Below are positions 41,800 to 53,107 of a DNA stretch of 64,000 nucleotides, piece by piece. Location of the stretch: assembly GCA_951406725.2 (NCBI GenBank), contig OX597831.1:55180001-55244000 (forward strand), written 5' to 3'. Each line of letters opens with the position of its first letter. The stretch's first letter is position 1. Made by a program: the position numbers and the translations under genes. Source of the stretch: Octopus vulgaris. Lineage: Eukaryota. Under the pieces are notes generated by a model, which was given only the letters and a program-made list of their open reading frames with translations, was not told the origin of the DNA and ran no database searches.

Positions 41800-42244
41800 C
41801 GTGTACAGATCTAAGTTTATTATTGATGGTTCGAGATCATGATTCTTAAGCATTAAAAATTAATGGTCTGTAAATAACAGTGCTCTTAATAGGCAGTGTT
41901 TGTTTTATACTTTTATGGATTTAAAAGTTGGAAACTAACTCCATAAAAACATTTTCATGGTAATTACAAAATATCACATCAGTCAAGTTGTGACGAAGAT
42001 GATCTTAACAATGAATGACGAAAGTTCAGTTAATTATTCTCTAGAAATCAAATTTATTGTTTACATTTTTTTTTTTTAATCATTGGATGGTTTTATAGTT
42101 AGGAAGCTCATATCGAGGTGTGTGGTTCTAAGTTTGATTCTGCCGTGTGGCATATTAAACAGGATTTTTTTCTACCATGAGCTCATCAACTAAATCAGAG
42201 TCATTCAGAAATCTAGTAGCAGAAAACTGTTTTCCATATATATA

Positions 42245-42690
42245 GGTGCATGCATAGCTGTGTGGTAAGAAGCTTGCTTCCCAATGTTATGGTTCCAGGT
42301 TCAGTCCCATAGCATGGCACCTTGGGCAAGTGTCTTCTACTATAGCCTCAGGCCAGTCAAAACCTTGTGAGTGGATTTGGTACACAGAAACTGAAAATAG
42401 CCTGTCATATATATATATATATATATATATACATAAATATAAATACACACACACACACACACATGTATATATCTATGTGTGTCTTTGTGTTCATGTTTGT
42501 CCCTCCATCACCACTTGACAACCATTGTTGGTGTGCTTACGTCCCTGTAAGTTTGGCAAAAAAGACCAATAGAATAAGTACCAGGCTTAAAAAAATAAGT
42601 ACTGAGGTTGATTCATTTGCCTAAAAAATTCGAGGTGGTGCTCCAGTATAACCTCGGTCGAATGACTGAAACAAGCAAAAGAATAAAATA
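42245..42690 (+). mobile_element. SINE family A
   Basis: Full-length copy. Confidence 0.85.
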
Positions 42691-44762
42691 ATATACCTAT
42701 ATATGTATAAATATATATATATATATACAGCCTTGGGATGATCAAAGCCTTGTGAGTGGATTTGGTAGATAAAAACTGCAACAAGCCCATCACCACTGTG
42801 TGTGTGTGTGTGTGCGTGTGTGTGTGTGTGTGTGTGCGTGCGTGCATGTGTGTGTGTGTGTGTGCTTGCGTGCATGTGTGTGTGCGTGCGTGCATGTGTG
42901 TGCATGCATGAGTGAGAGAAAGAGAGAGAAAGAGAGAGAGAGAAATGGCATAAAAATTTAGGATTTGGGGAAAAATTATTGTGTAATGTTGAATTTATAT
43001 TTGAGCAGAGATAGTTTTTTTAGGTTGAGTATTCCTGAGAAATTCTGTAATCGTCTCATTTTCTAATCAAATAGATAGAGTAAAAATATTATGTAACTGA
43101 CATATTTTGAGACATAGGCATTATTTTTTCTTCTAGTTATATAACCAGTTGTATGTAGTAAGTAAAATTAGTGACTAGACCCAACTGTGAATAGAGGGAG
43201 CTTAAAGTATTTATAACACCTTTGTTGATAAGACTTTCCTACTTTGAGGTGGATTTTAGGAAAGTGATAACATATTCCAGTGAAAGAATGCCTGTAAATG
43301 AGTAAGTGACATAAGGCTTTTATCTGCAGGTGTGAATATTGACTTCCAAAGAACTGAGTCGAAACTGGAGAATGAAAAGAATTAAGTGTAATTGTAAATG
43401 AGAAGGCTTGAAGAATAGCAGTAAGAGATAAACGTGCATGGCAAAAATAAAGAAACAAACTGAGATAGTATCTTTTTGCAGAAGTAAAGCATAGAAAATC
43501 TGGCTAAAAGCAATTGGACTACAGAGTTAACAACTAGCTTATAGATAAAATGTATGTGAAAGAATCCAATACATGGAAACATAGTAAACTAGAAGATAAA
43601 ATATGACAATAATGGAGATGAAAGAAAAAGCCAATGCATGCACATACATGCACACACATAGAATTGCATGCTTCATATGATTAGATATCTGTACAAACAC
43701 AGACTTATCTTCTGATATACATGCAATTAACTAATATGCATGTGCACTGTCACAGACCGTACTTACATTCTTATATACACATGTAACCATGGACATATTA
43801 ATCTAATTTCCATAGTTTTTAATCATATTCCTTACACGTTGCTGTAGAATAAAAGTCTCTGAAGCCAGTGCCAAATTTAGATCAACAAAGTATAATGCAA
43901 CTGATCCAGCACCATCATTTTATGGTATGTGAATTCATATAACATTAAGTATCTGTGAGCAGAATTACTCAATAGTTCTAGCCTACAGCCAATGAACTAG
44001 CAACCATGTCCATGTGGAGATCATGCAAGTGTACAGATGCCTCGTGTAGAACAGATTATGCATAACAAACAATATTCCCCAATATAGTGGAAAGGAAGTG
44101 GTGGTGGTGCCAGGGGTGTGTTTCAAAATGCAACGTGTCTGGTCCAATACAGCTTAGCTACAAATCAATTGATGCTCCTAAACATTATTTCAGAACTAAG
44201 AAACTCAGTTATCACTTCATTCAAGATAGGTTAGTTGTGAATGCAGAGAGAATTCAAACGAGTTTCACAAAGAATTAACTATCGAAATAAGAACAGATTT
44301 GGTTTACCTCTATTCTAAATTTAATAATGTAGTATCTATAACAACCAAATGACAAAGAGACACTCAAACAACCTGTTCTTACATAATTCCTAACAAAATT
44401 TATTGAGCTATTTACTTCAGAAGAGATAAGATATACAAACGACTTCTAAACAAAGTCACCTAAATCTGAGATTACTATTTGGGTAAACAAGCATCGGTTT
44501 TTCTTTGATACAAACACATATCGCTATCTATCTGTATAAATATAACATTAAAATCTAAATGATTCACAACATTTCTAAACATGATGTTATATTAAATAAA
44601 TACATTACCGTGAATACATTTCTACATTTAAATCCTAAGCTGATAGTGGTGAAAAACAATTATGAAAAAGTGACATAGGAAATTTTATGGTCCCCAAAAT
44701 ATATATGACAATGGCTATTAAGAAATCTGAGCCTGTTTCTAATTTCAAACATAACATTAATT

Positions 44763-45331
44763 AGGCATGGCTGTGTAACTAAGAAACTCACTTTGCAACT
44801 GTGTGGTTTTGGGTTCAGTCTCACTGAACGACGCTTGGGGCAAGGGTTTTCTATTATAGTCCCAGACCGATCAATGTTTTGTGAGTGAATATGGTAGAGA
44901 GAGACTGTGTTGAAGCCTGACGTGTGTGTGCACGCACACATGCATGTTTTTGTCGCCCACCACCATTTGACAGCCAGTGTTAATTTGTTTGCATCCCCAT
45001 AACTTCATGGTTCCGCAACAGAGGCTGATAGAATAAGTACAAGACTTTAAAAGAATAAATAAATACAGGGTTGAGTTATTCGACTAAATTCCCCTTCAAG
45101 GCAATACCTAGCATGATTGCAGTCCAATGACTAAAACACATGAAAGATAACAGATTAAAAAAACACTTTTCAGATGTGTGGTAAGTAGCTTGCTTACCAA
45201 CCACATGGTTCCATGTTCAGTCCCACTGTGTGGCACCTTGGGCAAGTGTCTTCTACTATAGCCTCGGACTGACCAAAGCCTTGTGAGGGGATTTGGTAGA
45301 TGGAAACTGAAAGAAGCCCGTCGTATATATG

Positions 45332-45380
<49 letters not shown>

Positions 45381-45575
45381 CTGTGTTTGTCCCCCCAACA
45401 TCGCATGACAACTGATGGTGGTGTGTTTATGTCCCCATAACTTAGCAGTTCGGCAAAAGAGGCCGATAGAATAAGAACTAGGCTTACAAAGAATAAGTCC
45501 TGGGGTCGATTTGCTCAGCTAAAGGTGGTGCTCCAACATGGCCACAGTCAAATGACTGAAACAAGTAAAAGAGTA
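44763..45575 (+). mobile_element. Two tandem SINE family A copies (old 44763-45150; young 45175-45575)
   Basis: Family A motifs occur twice in the same orientation. Confidence 0.85.
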
Positions 45576-46185
45576 CTACTTACTCAAATCATTATTTACT
45601 GAACCTAAAATAATTTATCTTATGTAATCTTAAATAAGAAATCATCCTGTTTTGAACACAACTCTCATATTGTATGTCAAAGCAATATTTGTTCACTGTA
45701 AATGCAATCAGGCTGTTGTCACTGCTACATGCATCTGCCAATGCTGTTATCACTATGTAATAACATGAAATATCACAAGATTAACATACAACACCAATCC
45801 GCTTTAGCATTGATCATCGCAATAGCTACAGTACCATAAAGTCTAATAAGATTAACTTTTCCATATAAAACCACAAGGGAGCCTTAACAGATTTTTTAGT
45901 TTTCATCTATCCCTCCCTGCTAGGCTAGAGTCAACCTGCAACTATGTTAATTGTACTTGCCTAAGATATGATGCAGTGGGATCAAACCCTGGTTGTAAAG
46001 TGAATTTCTTAAACATGCAACCACATCTGCAATTAACAAAAATAATAATAGAAATAACTGATTGAAATAGTAGCTAAATTTCCCTCAATTTATACTTACC
46101 ATCTTAAAAAATAGAATGTTAGAAAATGTTATGCATGTATGCAGCAACATACCCATACACTTGCAAACACAGGCATGCATACATG

Positions 46186-46220
<35 letters not shown>

Positions 46221-46222
<2 letters not shown>

Positions 46223-46457
46223 TCATCATCATCGTTTAACATCCGTTTTCCATGCTAGCATGGGTTGGCCGGTTCGACCGGAGTCTGGGAATCAGGAGGC
46301 TGCACCAGGCTCCAGTTTGATCTACAGCTGGATGCTCTTCCTAACACCAACCCCTCCTTGAGTGTAGTGGGTGCTGTTTACATGCCACCGGCACAGGTGC
46401 CAGGGAAGGCTGGCAACAGCCACGATCGGTTGGTGCTTTTTATTTGTCACCGGCATG
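46221..46457 (-). mobile_element. SINE family D
   Basis: (cat)n-cgtttaacatccgttttccatgctagc...; inserted in (TA)n. Confidence 0.85.
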
Positions 46458-46458
46458 G

Positions 46459-46497
<39 letters not shown>

Positions 46498-46499
46498 TA

Positions 46500-47267
46500 C
46501 AGTAATACCTCACTTTAAGAGGACCCACTTTACAAGAACTCAGGTTTATGAGTTTTACTTTATAATAAATATATAAAGGTTAAACAGTCATTTGGTGTGT
46601 GTGGCAATGCCACACATCCACACAGCTGCGTACAGTGACAGAGTAAAATTACGGTATAAAATTTCAGTGTCTTATTTTGCGTGTGTGCTTTGTTGAAAGA
46701 GATTACTATAAGCTAATTCTTCATACCACATATTTGAAAGGACTTGTGGAAGCATTTCAACATTTTCAAGCACAAGATCCAAATTTTGAACAAAGTGCAA
46801 GAGTTTCTACTACCATAACAAATGTTTAGGCATGTTACTGAAAAATTTATAGAGAGCATAAAAAAAGTTTCTTCTAAGCAAACAACTCTAGGCCTATTTT
46901 TTAAAAAGCATTCTACAAGTCCATCTATGAGTGCTTGTGAATCAGCAATCACGTCTACAAGTGAAGGTATACGCAAGTCTAGTGCAAGTAAAAGTGATTC
47001 AGAAAACGATTATAATAATTATCATTTTTATTTCTAAATGATCTTGACATTCTTTTTAATTTACATAAAACATTCTTTACATTCTACTGTTGTATTATTG
47101 CCATTTATTTATAAGTATTATGAATTTTCTAGGTAAAATATTTTTCTGGGAACGAATTATGATTTATAACATTGCAACTATGGGAAATTATTGCTCTGTT
47201 TTACAAGATTTCACTTTATGAGTGGTTTCTGGGAACAAATTAACTCGTATATCAAGGCATTACTCTG
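46500..47267 (+). mobile_element. Tigger/pogo-type internally deleted DNA transposon
   Basis: TA-cagtaatacctc ... caaggcattact(c)tg TIRs. Internal remnant FQAQDPNFEQSARV...KKVSSKQTTLGLFFKK resembles the Tigger transposase C-terminus with its PIP-box-like motif. Confidence 0.8.
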
Positions 47268-47273
47268 TGTGTG

Positions 47274-47337
<64 letters not shown>

Positions 47338-47825
47338 AATCACTGTATCATGATATTGACCAGACTACCTGGATATTGTTACATACTTCTTACAATGCAT
47401 TTCATTGATGTAACTTTTGAATGAATGCTAGCTCACTGGATAGTGGATAAGCTAAGATTACCCCTTGATGGAAAGCCAGTCCATCACAGGGTTACCCATT
47501 AACAGTCGAGTGGACTGGAGTAACGTGAAATTAAACATAACACACCACTGATCTGGGTATCGAATCCACACTCTAACCACTAGGTCACAAGTGCGCACAT
47601 GTGTGTATGTGCATGTGTGAAAGGAATTTCTTTAGAGCAGCAGAGTCGAAAGACCTTCACAAAGCATTAGTAGTGAGCTCAGGAGACATCTGAATGGAAA
47701 GGGAATAGACTTGATGATATGTGAACACAAGCCCCTGCCATCCAGTTTCAGGAGACACCCAAGCATAGGATGCTTCAATTAAATAAGTGAACAAGAGCCT
47801 CCATCGCACAGACTCAGGAAACAAG

Positions 47826-48177
47826 GTTCCATTTCAGTTCAAACGAATTCAATTTCCAATGAGTCTTAGCTTTGCCATGACCATCAACTAATCACTGGGG
47901 CTCTACACCTTGAAATGCCCTGCTTCACTCATGGTCAACTTTATTTTGGATGTTCAAGAGCAGGAAGTAAGAAAAATCTTTACATCTATGCACCAAAAGG
48001 AAAAACAAAAAAAATCTCGTTTATCGAGACATTATGAATTGCTCCAAATAATGTGGAAATCCATCCTGATCAAGAGGCCTATCATCAGAGAAGACATGGC
48101 CTGACATGGAATAACAAAAATTGAAATAAAGGTACTCTACTGAGAAAATTGTCCAGCAACAAAGAGCTACTCAGCCA

Positions 48178-48178
<1 letters not shown>
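47826..48178 (+). mobile_element. Helitron 3' fragment: PIF1-like helicase C-terminus, decayed
   Basis: VPFQFKRIQFPMSLSFAMTIN*S..LHLEMPCFTHGQLYFGCSRAGSKKNLYIYAPKGKTK..VYRDI; degenerate 3' end ccagcaac...tcagccag|t. Confidence 0.88.
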
Positions 48179-48317
<139 letters not shown>

Positions 48318-49088
48318 ATGGGCTTGCTTAATCAACTTGATGGATGCTGCAGATACATAGATGATATATTTATACCTAATTATGGTTTCTTTGAATTTTT
48401 ACTCAGAATTTTTACTAGTAAGCTTATAACCACCGGAATTGGTAATAATATAATAAATATTAATTATTTTGATGTCAATCTAGTAATTAAGGATAACAAT
48501 GAAATATGTACTGACATTTATAATAAAACAGAAAATTTTGGTTTCCAGGTGGCTTCAATGCCATGGTTCAGTAGTAAAATTCCTTCTTTCATAGGTTATG
48601 GCGTTTTTGCAGGGTAAATTGTTAGTACTATTATTAATAATATTAATAAATTTTTGGAAAGAATAAATAAGCTGTTAAGACATTTATTAAAACAAGGGAA
48701 TAAATATGGTAAGTTGATTAAAATTTTTAATTGCTGTTTAGGTGGGAAACTTGAAATTTTAAATAAATATGGGGTAATATCGAGTCTTCAGCTTAGCAAA
48801 TATTTGTAAGGATTTGAAGGTTTACGATTCAAGTTAATTGCTTGCTATGTCACCATATTGAGACAATTGAGGAAGTAGTAATTACATACTACGTCATTAA
48901 TATTTAGTTGGCCCTTTAAGTTTTTGGTGATGGAACCACATGTCTGATTAAACATGTAAGTGTAAATACTTGTAGTTTTATTATCTTTTAAACAGTTTAA
49001 TTAGCTTTAAACATAGCAAGGTTTAAAATAATAGTTAATAACAAGTACTTTTATTAGTTCCTATTTAATGAAATTTAAGTTTAGATTA

Positions 49089-49353
49089 CGGAGATGTACT
49101 TGCATAGCAAGTGATTTGATCTGAGATCGTGTGCTGGAACGAAAACAATTTCAGCGTGGAAGGTGTTTGTAAGCCATTTAAGAAACACACAAAAGCCGTT
49201 CAATTCACTTCAACATTTAAGTTTAATTTGTCAAAATATTTTCGTCGCTATAAGACCGTGACCTGTTCACTGACAAAAAACTTAAATGTTGAAGTGAATT
49301 GAACGGCTTTTGTGTGTTTCTTAAATGGCTTACAAACACCTTCCATGCTGAAA
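49089..49353 (-). mobile_element. 265-bp TSD-flanked retro-insert with a 76-bp inverted duplication
   Basis: 12-bp TSD aagtttagatta (49077-49088, 49354-49365); arms 49149-49224 and 49278-49353 are complementary except at one position. Confidence 0.9.
49227..49277 (-). ncRNA. Minimal type I hammerhead variant with G3-C8 core (GUGAACA)
   Basis: Minus strand: tttgtca-GTGAACA-g-gtcac ggtcttata gcgac-GAAA-atattt-tgacaaa; 7-bp stem I, palindromic stem III (aaatattt). Confidence 0.7.
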
Positions 49354-49938
49354 AAGTTTAGATTAGTTACTGGTAATTTAATATTATAACTTGTAGTAGT
49401 GATATATCAATATTATAACTTGTAGTAGTGATATATTAATGAATATGTAGTGTTTTATTATTACTTTTCAATGATGAAATAATGTATTTCATTCATAAAA
49501 ATATTAGTTAAATTAATTTCATTCATGTTTTGTTTTGGAGAAATTTTATAAGGCTTGAACTTTCATTATAGGAGTATCTATGGAAAACGGTGGCAGATTG
49601 ATCACAATTTAGCATATTTTATTGCAGTGAACTATTAATACTGATACAATGTACATTGGTTTATATGTCTCTTTGTAGTAGTTTTATTAAAGTTGGTGTT
49701 TAATCCTGCCTGTATATTGATTGATTGAAATAATGTGGTTATTAAGCTTTTACTTTTATATTATACTATGGAAGACAATAGAGATTATAATTTTTATATG
49801 ACTTAATAGAGTTGTCGTTGTTTAGTTATGTATTTAGGAGTGGTTGTAATTTACTTACTGAATTTATTTATCGATATGGTTGTACATAGGGTAAATATGT
49901 TTGAAAGTTGTGGTTTCTTTGGTTTGTTTATTCCCAAA

Positions 49939-50032
49939 CAACACTTATGCAGACACTGCGGATTGAATGGTACTGCTCAGGTGTCGAAACCATAATGATA
50001 TCCAGGGGGCAGCTGATGATGGAGGTATGTTG
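49939..50032 (+). ncRNA. Decayed extended type I hammerhead
   Basis: Stem I caaca/tgttg, core cttatgc(a), stem II gacac/gtgtc, GAAA 49986-49989, partial stem III, GTA 50025-50027. Confidence 0.55.
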
Positions 50033-50130
50033 GATTGTTGGTATGGCTGTTTTGTATAAGTTTTATTGGATTGTTGGTATAGAATAGTATTATAACACAT
50101 CCTTTTGATAGATATATATATATATATATA

Positions 50131-50517
50131 TGCACAGGCATGGCTGTGTGGTAAAAAGCTTGCTTTCCAACCACATGGTTCCGGGTTCAGTGCTATAGCA
50201 TGGCACCTTGGGCAAGTGTCTTCTACTATAGCCTTGGGTCAACCAAATCTGTGTGAGTGGATTTGGTAGGCGGAAACTGAAAGAAGGCCGTTATGTGTAT
50301 GTGTGTGTGTGTATGTGTGTATTTATGTGTATGTGTCAGTGTTTGTCCTCCCACCATTACTTGACAACCAATGTTGATGTCTTTATGTCCCTGCAACTTA
50401 GTGGTTCAGCAAAAGATATCCATAGAATAAGTACTAGGCTTTTTGCTGATTAAAACTCCTTGAGGCAGTGCTCCAGCATGGCCATGGTCAAATGACTGAA
50501 ATGATTAAAAGACTAAA
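50131..50517 (+). mobile_element. SINE family A
   Basis: Full-length copy. Confidence 0.85.
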
Positions 50518-50908
50518 ATAATGTGTGTGTGTGTGTGTATACATCCACACACATACACTCAAAGGCATGCTTTTGTGTAGATGTAGCCACATATTTATGC
50601 ATTCAGACATATAACCTGAAAAAAGGGATAGTGGTCAGAGCTGGAATGCATTTCAACATAGCTCTCCTAGATCAGAGCTGACCTAGGGTTAAACAACAAC
50701 AACAACAACAGCCACATTAACAAGCTACCTACCTTACTTTTAACTCTAGCACTATTATTTACCTCCTCGTACGGTTAAGAACCAAGCCAATTTAAACTCC
50801 TCCAACGATAACTAAAAATTATCTTTAAAGCATCAGGATTATTATCTGCATATAAATATTGCTAGAAGAAATTTCTTTCACTTCTAAAAAGAGATTATTC
50901 GAACAACA

Positions 50909-50910
50909 AA

Positions 50911-50958
<48 letters not shown>

Positions 50959-50960
50959 AA
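50909..50960. repeat. (GAAA)n microsatellite
   Basis: Direct reading. Confidence 0.95.
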
Positions 50961-51917
50961 ATACGTCAATGAAACTTACATACAATAGTATAACAACAAC
51001 AGCTACTGCAATAATGGTTAATAGAAAAAAAAATAAAAAGAATTAAAAGGAGAAGAAACTAGTAAATGCTAAATCAATTATTTTTCTTAATTCCAGCAGA
51101 TGTATTTGCTTGCCTGCAGCTTAAAGATGGCACTACAGCAATATATCTGCTTTCAAAGGAGAATCATAGACAGTTTCAAAGATCGATGGATTTCACAATA
51201 AAGCTTTTTGAGATACAGTTATTTATGGACAGTAATAAAATTTTAAAACAAAAACGAAAGAAAGAAAATAGAATATTAATTAATTTCCTTATAACCATTC
51301 ACCCACACCATGTCTATTTTTATATCCATCTTTCTATAGAAATATACAGAAAAACTGTAAACCATTAAATTATTCCTCAATGTTCTCATTACTCAATAAT
51401 TTTGGTATTCCACAACTGAGTTGAGGTATTTTTTATTTGTTTCAGTCTCTGGACAATGGTCATGCTGGAGCAATGCTTTGAAGTGTTTAGTCAAACAAAT
51501 TGGCCTCAATACTTTTTTTTATTTTTCAAAGCCTGGTACTTATTCTATAGGTCTCTTTTGTCAAACTGTTAAGTTACAGGCACATAAACAAACCGACACT
51601 AGTTGTCATGCAGTGGTGAGAGACAAACACACACACACAAGCATATTGCCAGTGTATCATATACCTGATAAAGAAGCACACTCTGAAGCATAGAGCAGTA
51701 ATGTATCTATAAGCACTCTATGACTGGACGTACACATAACTGCATATATATATATATATATATATATAGGTGCAGGCATGGCTGTGTGGTAAGAAACTAG
51801 CTCTCAACCACATAGTTCCGGGTTCAGTCACACTGCATATCACCTTGGGGAAGCATCTTTAGCCAAAGCCTTGTGAGTGAATTTGGTAGACAGAAACTGA
51901 AAAAAGTTCATCATGCA

Positions 51918-52518
51918 TATGTGGACTTGCTGAAGGCTTCCTTAAGAGATGCTTGCATCTCTCCTTACACATGGGAAGGCATAGCTATTGATCGTAGCAG
52001 GTGGAGAAGGATTGTGCATGAGGGGACAGCCACGTTTGAGAAATCTCAAGTTGCACATGAGAAAGTAAGGAGGGATGTCAAGAAGGGCATCGCTGTTACA
52101 CTTCCAGAAGGGAAGGATCTTCCTTTGATTCTGACATGCAATGTCTGTGCAAGACCCTGCCTCAGTAAAGCTGGACTCATGAGTCATCTTCGTAGTCATA
52201 AAACGAGACAGATGAGTGACAACCTGGCCACTGGTGGAGGTGTAACACAGCATACTAATCATATCTGTCGGGCATGTGGAAGAGAGTGTAATTCGGCAGG
52301 AGGACTTAAACAACATGCAAAGGTACATGAAGCCCAGTTACAACTACAGCCGGCTATTACCAGTAAAGGTTTTAGTTGCCAATTTTGTACAAGACATTGT
52401 AGATCTTTAGCTGGGCTAAAAAGTCACATTCGATCACAGCACCAGTAACAGTTAAGCTTCGTGCAATGGCCATACTTGATAATGAGGGGGCAGCCATAAT
52501 ATATATATATATATATAA
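51918..52518 (+). mobile_element. 5'-truncated RTE-clade LINE: ORF2 C-terminus with three C2H2 zinc fingers (open frame to 52448), short 3' UTR, (TA)n tail
   Basis: YVDLLKASLRDACISPYTWEGIAIDRSRWRRIVHEGTATFE is the typical RTE W..DR..WR motif. Fingers: CNVC..HLRSH, CRAC..HAKVH, CQFC..HIRSQH. Confidence 0.88.
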
Positions 52519-52804
52519 GGCAAGGAAGAAAATGGAGAGGAGATTCGATTTTATTCCTATGATTATAATAAATAAATCTTACTGATGTTTGTCAACTGAA
52601 CCTCTTCTCTATTTTCTTCCGGATAAACTTTTGTTTACCTCCACTTGTACCTATTATTCAATTGTACTATTGCCTTGCAACAGTAAACCTTTGAATATAA
52701 TAGGTATCCCTCCAATAGTATATTGGATATTTATTATCCCTTAGATGGTTGTCTAACCTCTAACTCACTTCCCAATTTCACCGCTAACGGTTTATGCATA
52801 TATC

Positions 52805-53072
52805 ACGTGGCCGTTGCCAGTGCTGCCCCGACAGGCCTCCGTGCCGGTGGCACGTAAAAAACACCATCCGACCATGGCCGTTTGCCAGCCCTGTCTGGCA
52901 CCTCTGCCGGTGGCACGTAAAAAGCACCCACTACACTCACGGAGTGGTTGGCGTTAGGATGGGCATCCAGCCGTAGAAACATTGCCAGATCAGACGGCCT
53001 GGTACAGCCTTCTGGCTTCCCAGACCCCAGTTAAACCGTCCAACCCGTGCCAGCATGGAAAGCGGACGCTAA

Positions 53073-53107
<35 letters not shown>
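52805..53107 (+). mobile_element. SINE family D (RTE-related, (GAT)n tail), young
   Basis: Two gccggtggcacgtaaaaa(g)cacc modules, ttggcgttaggatgggcatccagccgtagaaac, tail ggaaagcggacgctaaa(tga)n. Confidence 0.85.

Larger units (their letters stand above)
48320..50110 (+). mobile_element. 5'-truncated Penelope-like element without a C-terminal endonuclease (Naiad/Hydra-like); RT C-terminus at 48330-48809 and a long AT-rich 3' region
   Basis: RYIDDIF...NYFDVNL..TDIYNKTENFGFQVASMPWFSSKIPSFIGYGVFAG*I...LLKQG resembles YDKRDDFxFxIVNFP..SNIP..YGVYxSQL. The ORF ends soon after the thumb; a hammerhead-like motif lies near the 3' end. Confidence 0.8.

Noticed and set aside
48615-48617. In-frame stop in the PLE RT as selenocysteine recoding
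   Set aside because: The codon is TAA at a position expected to be Gln (CAA), i.e. simple decay.
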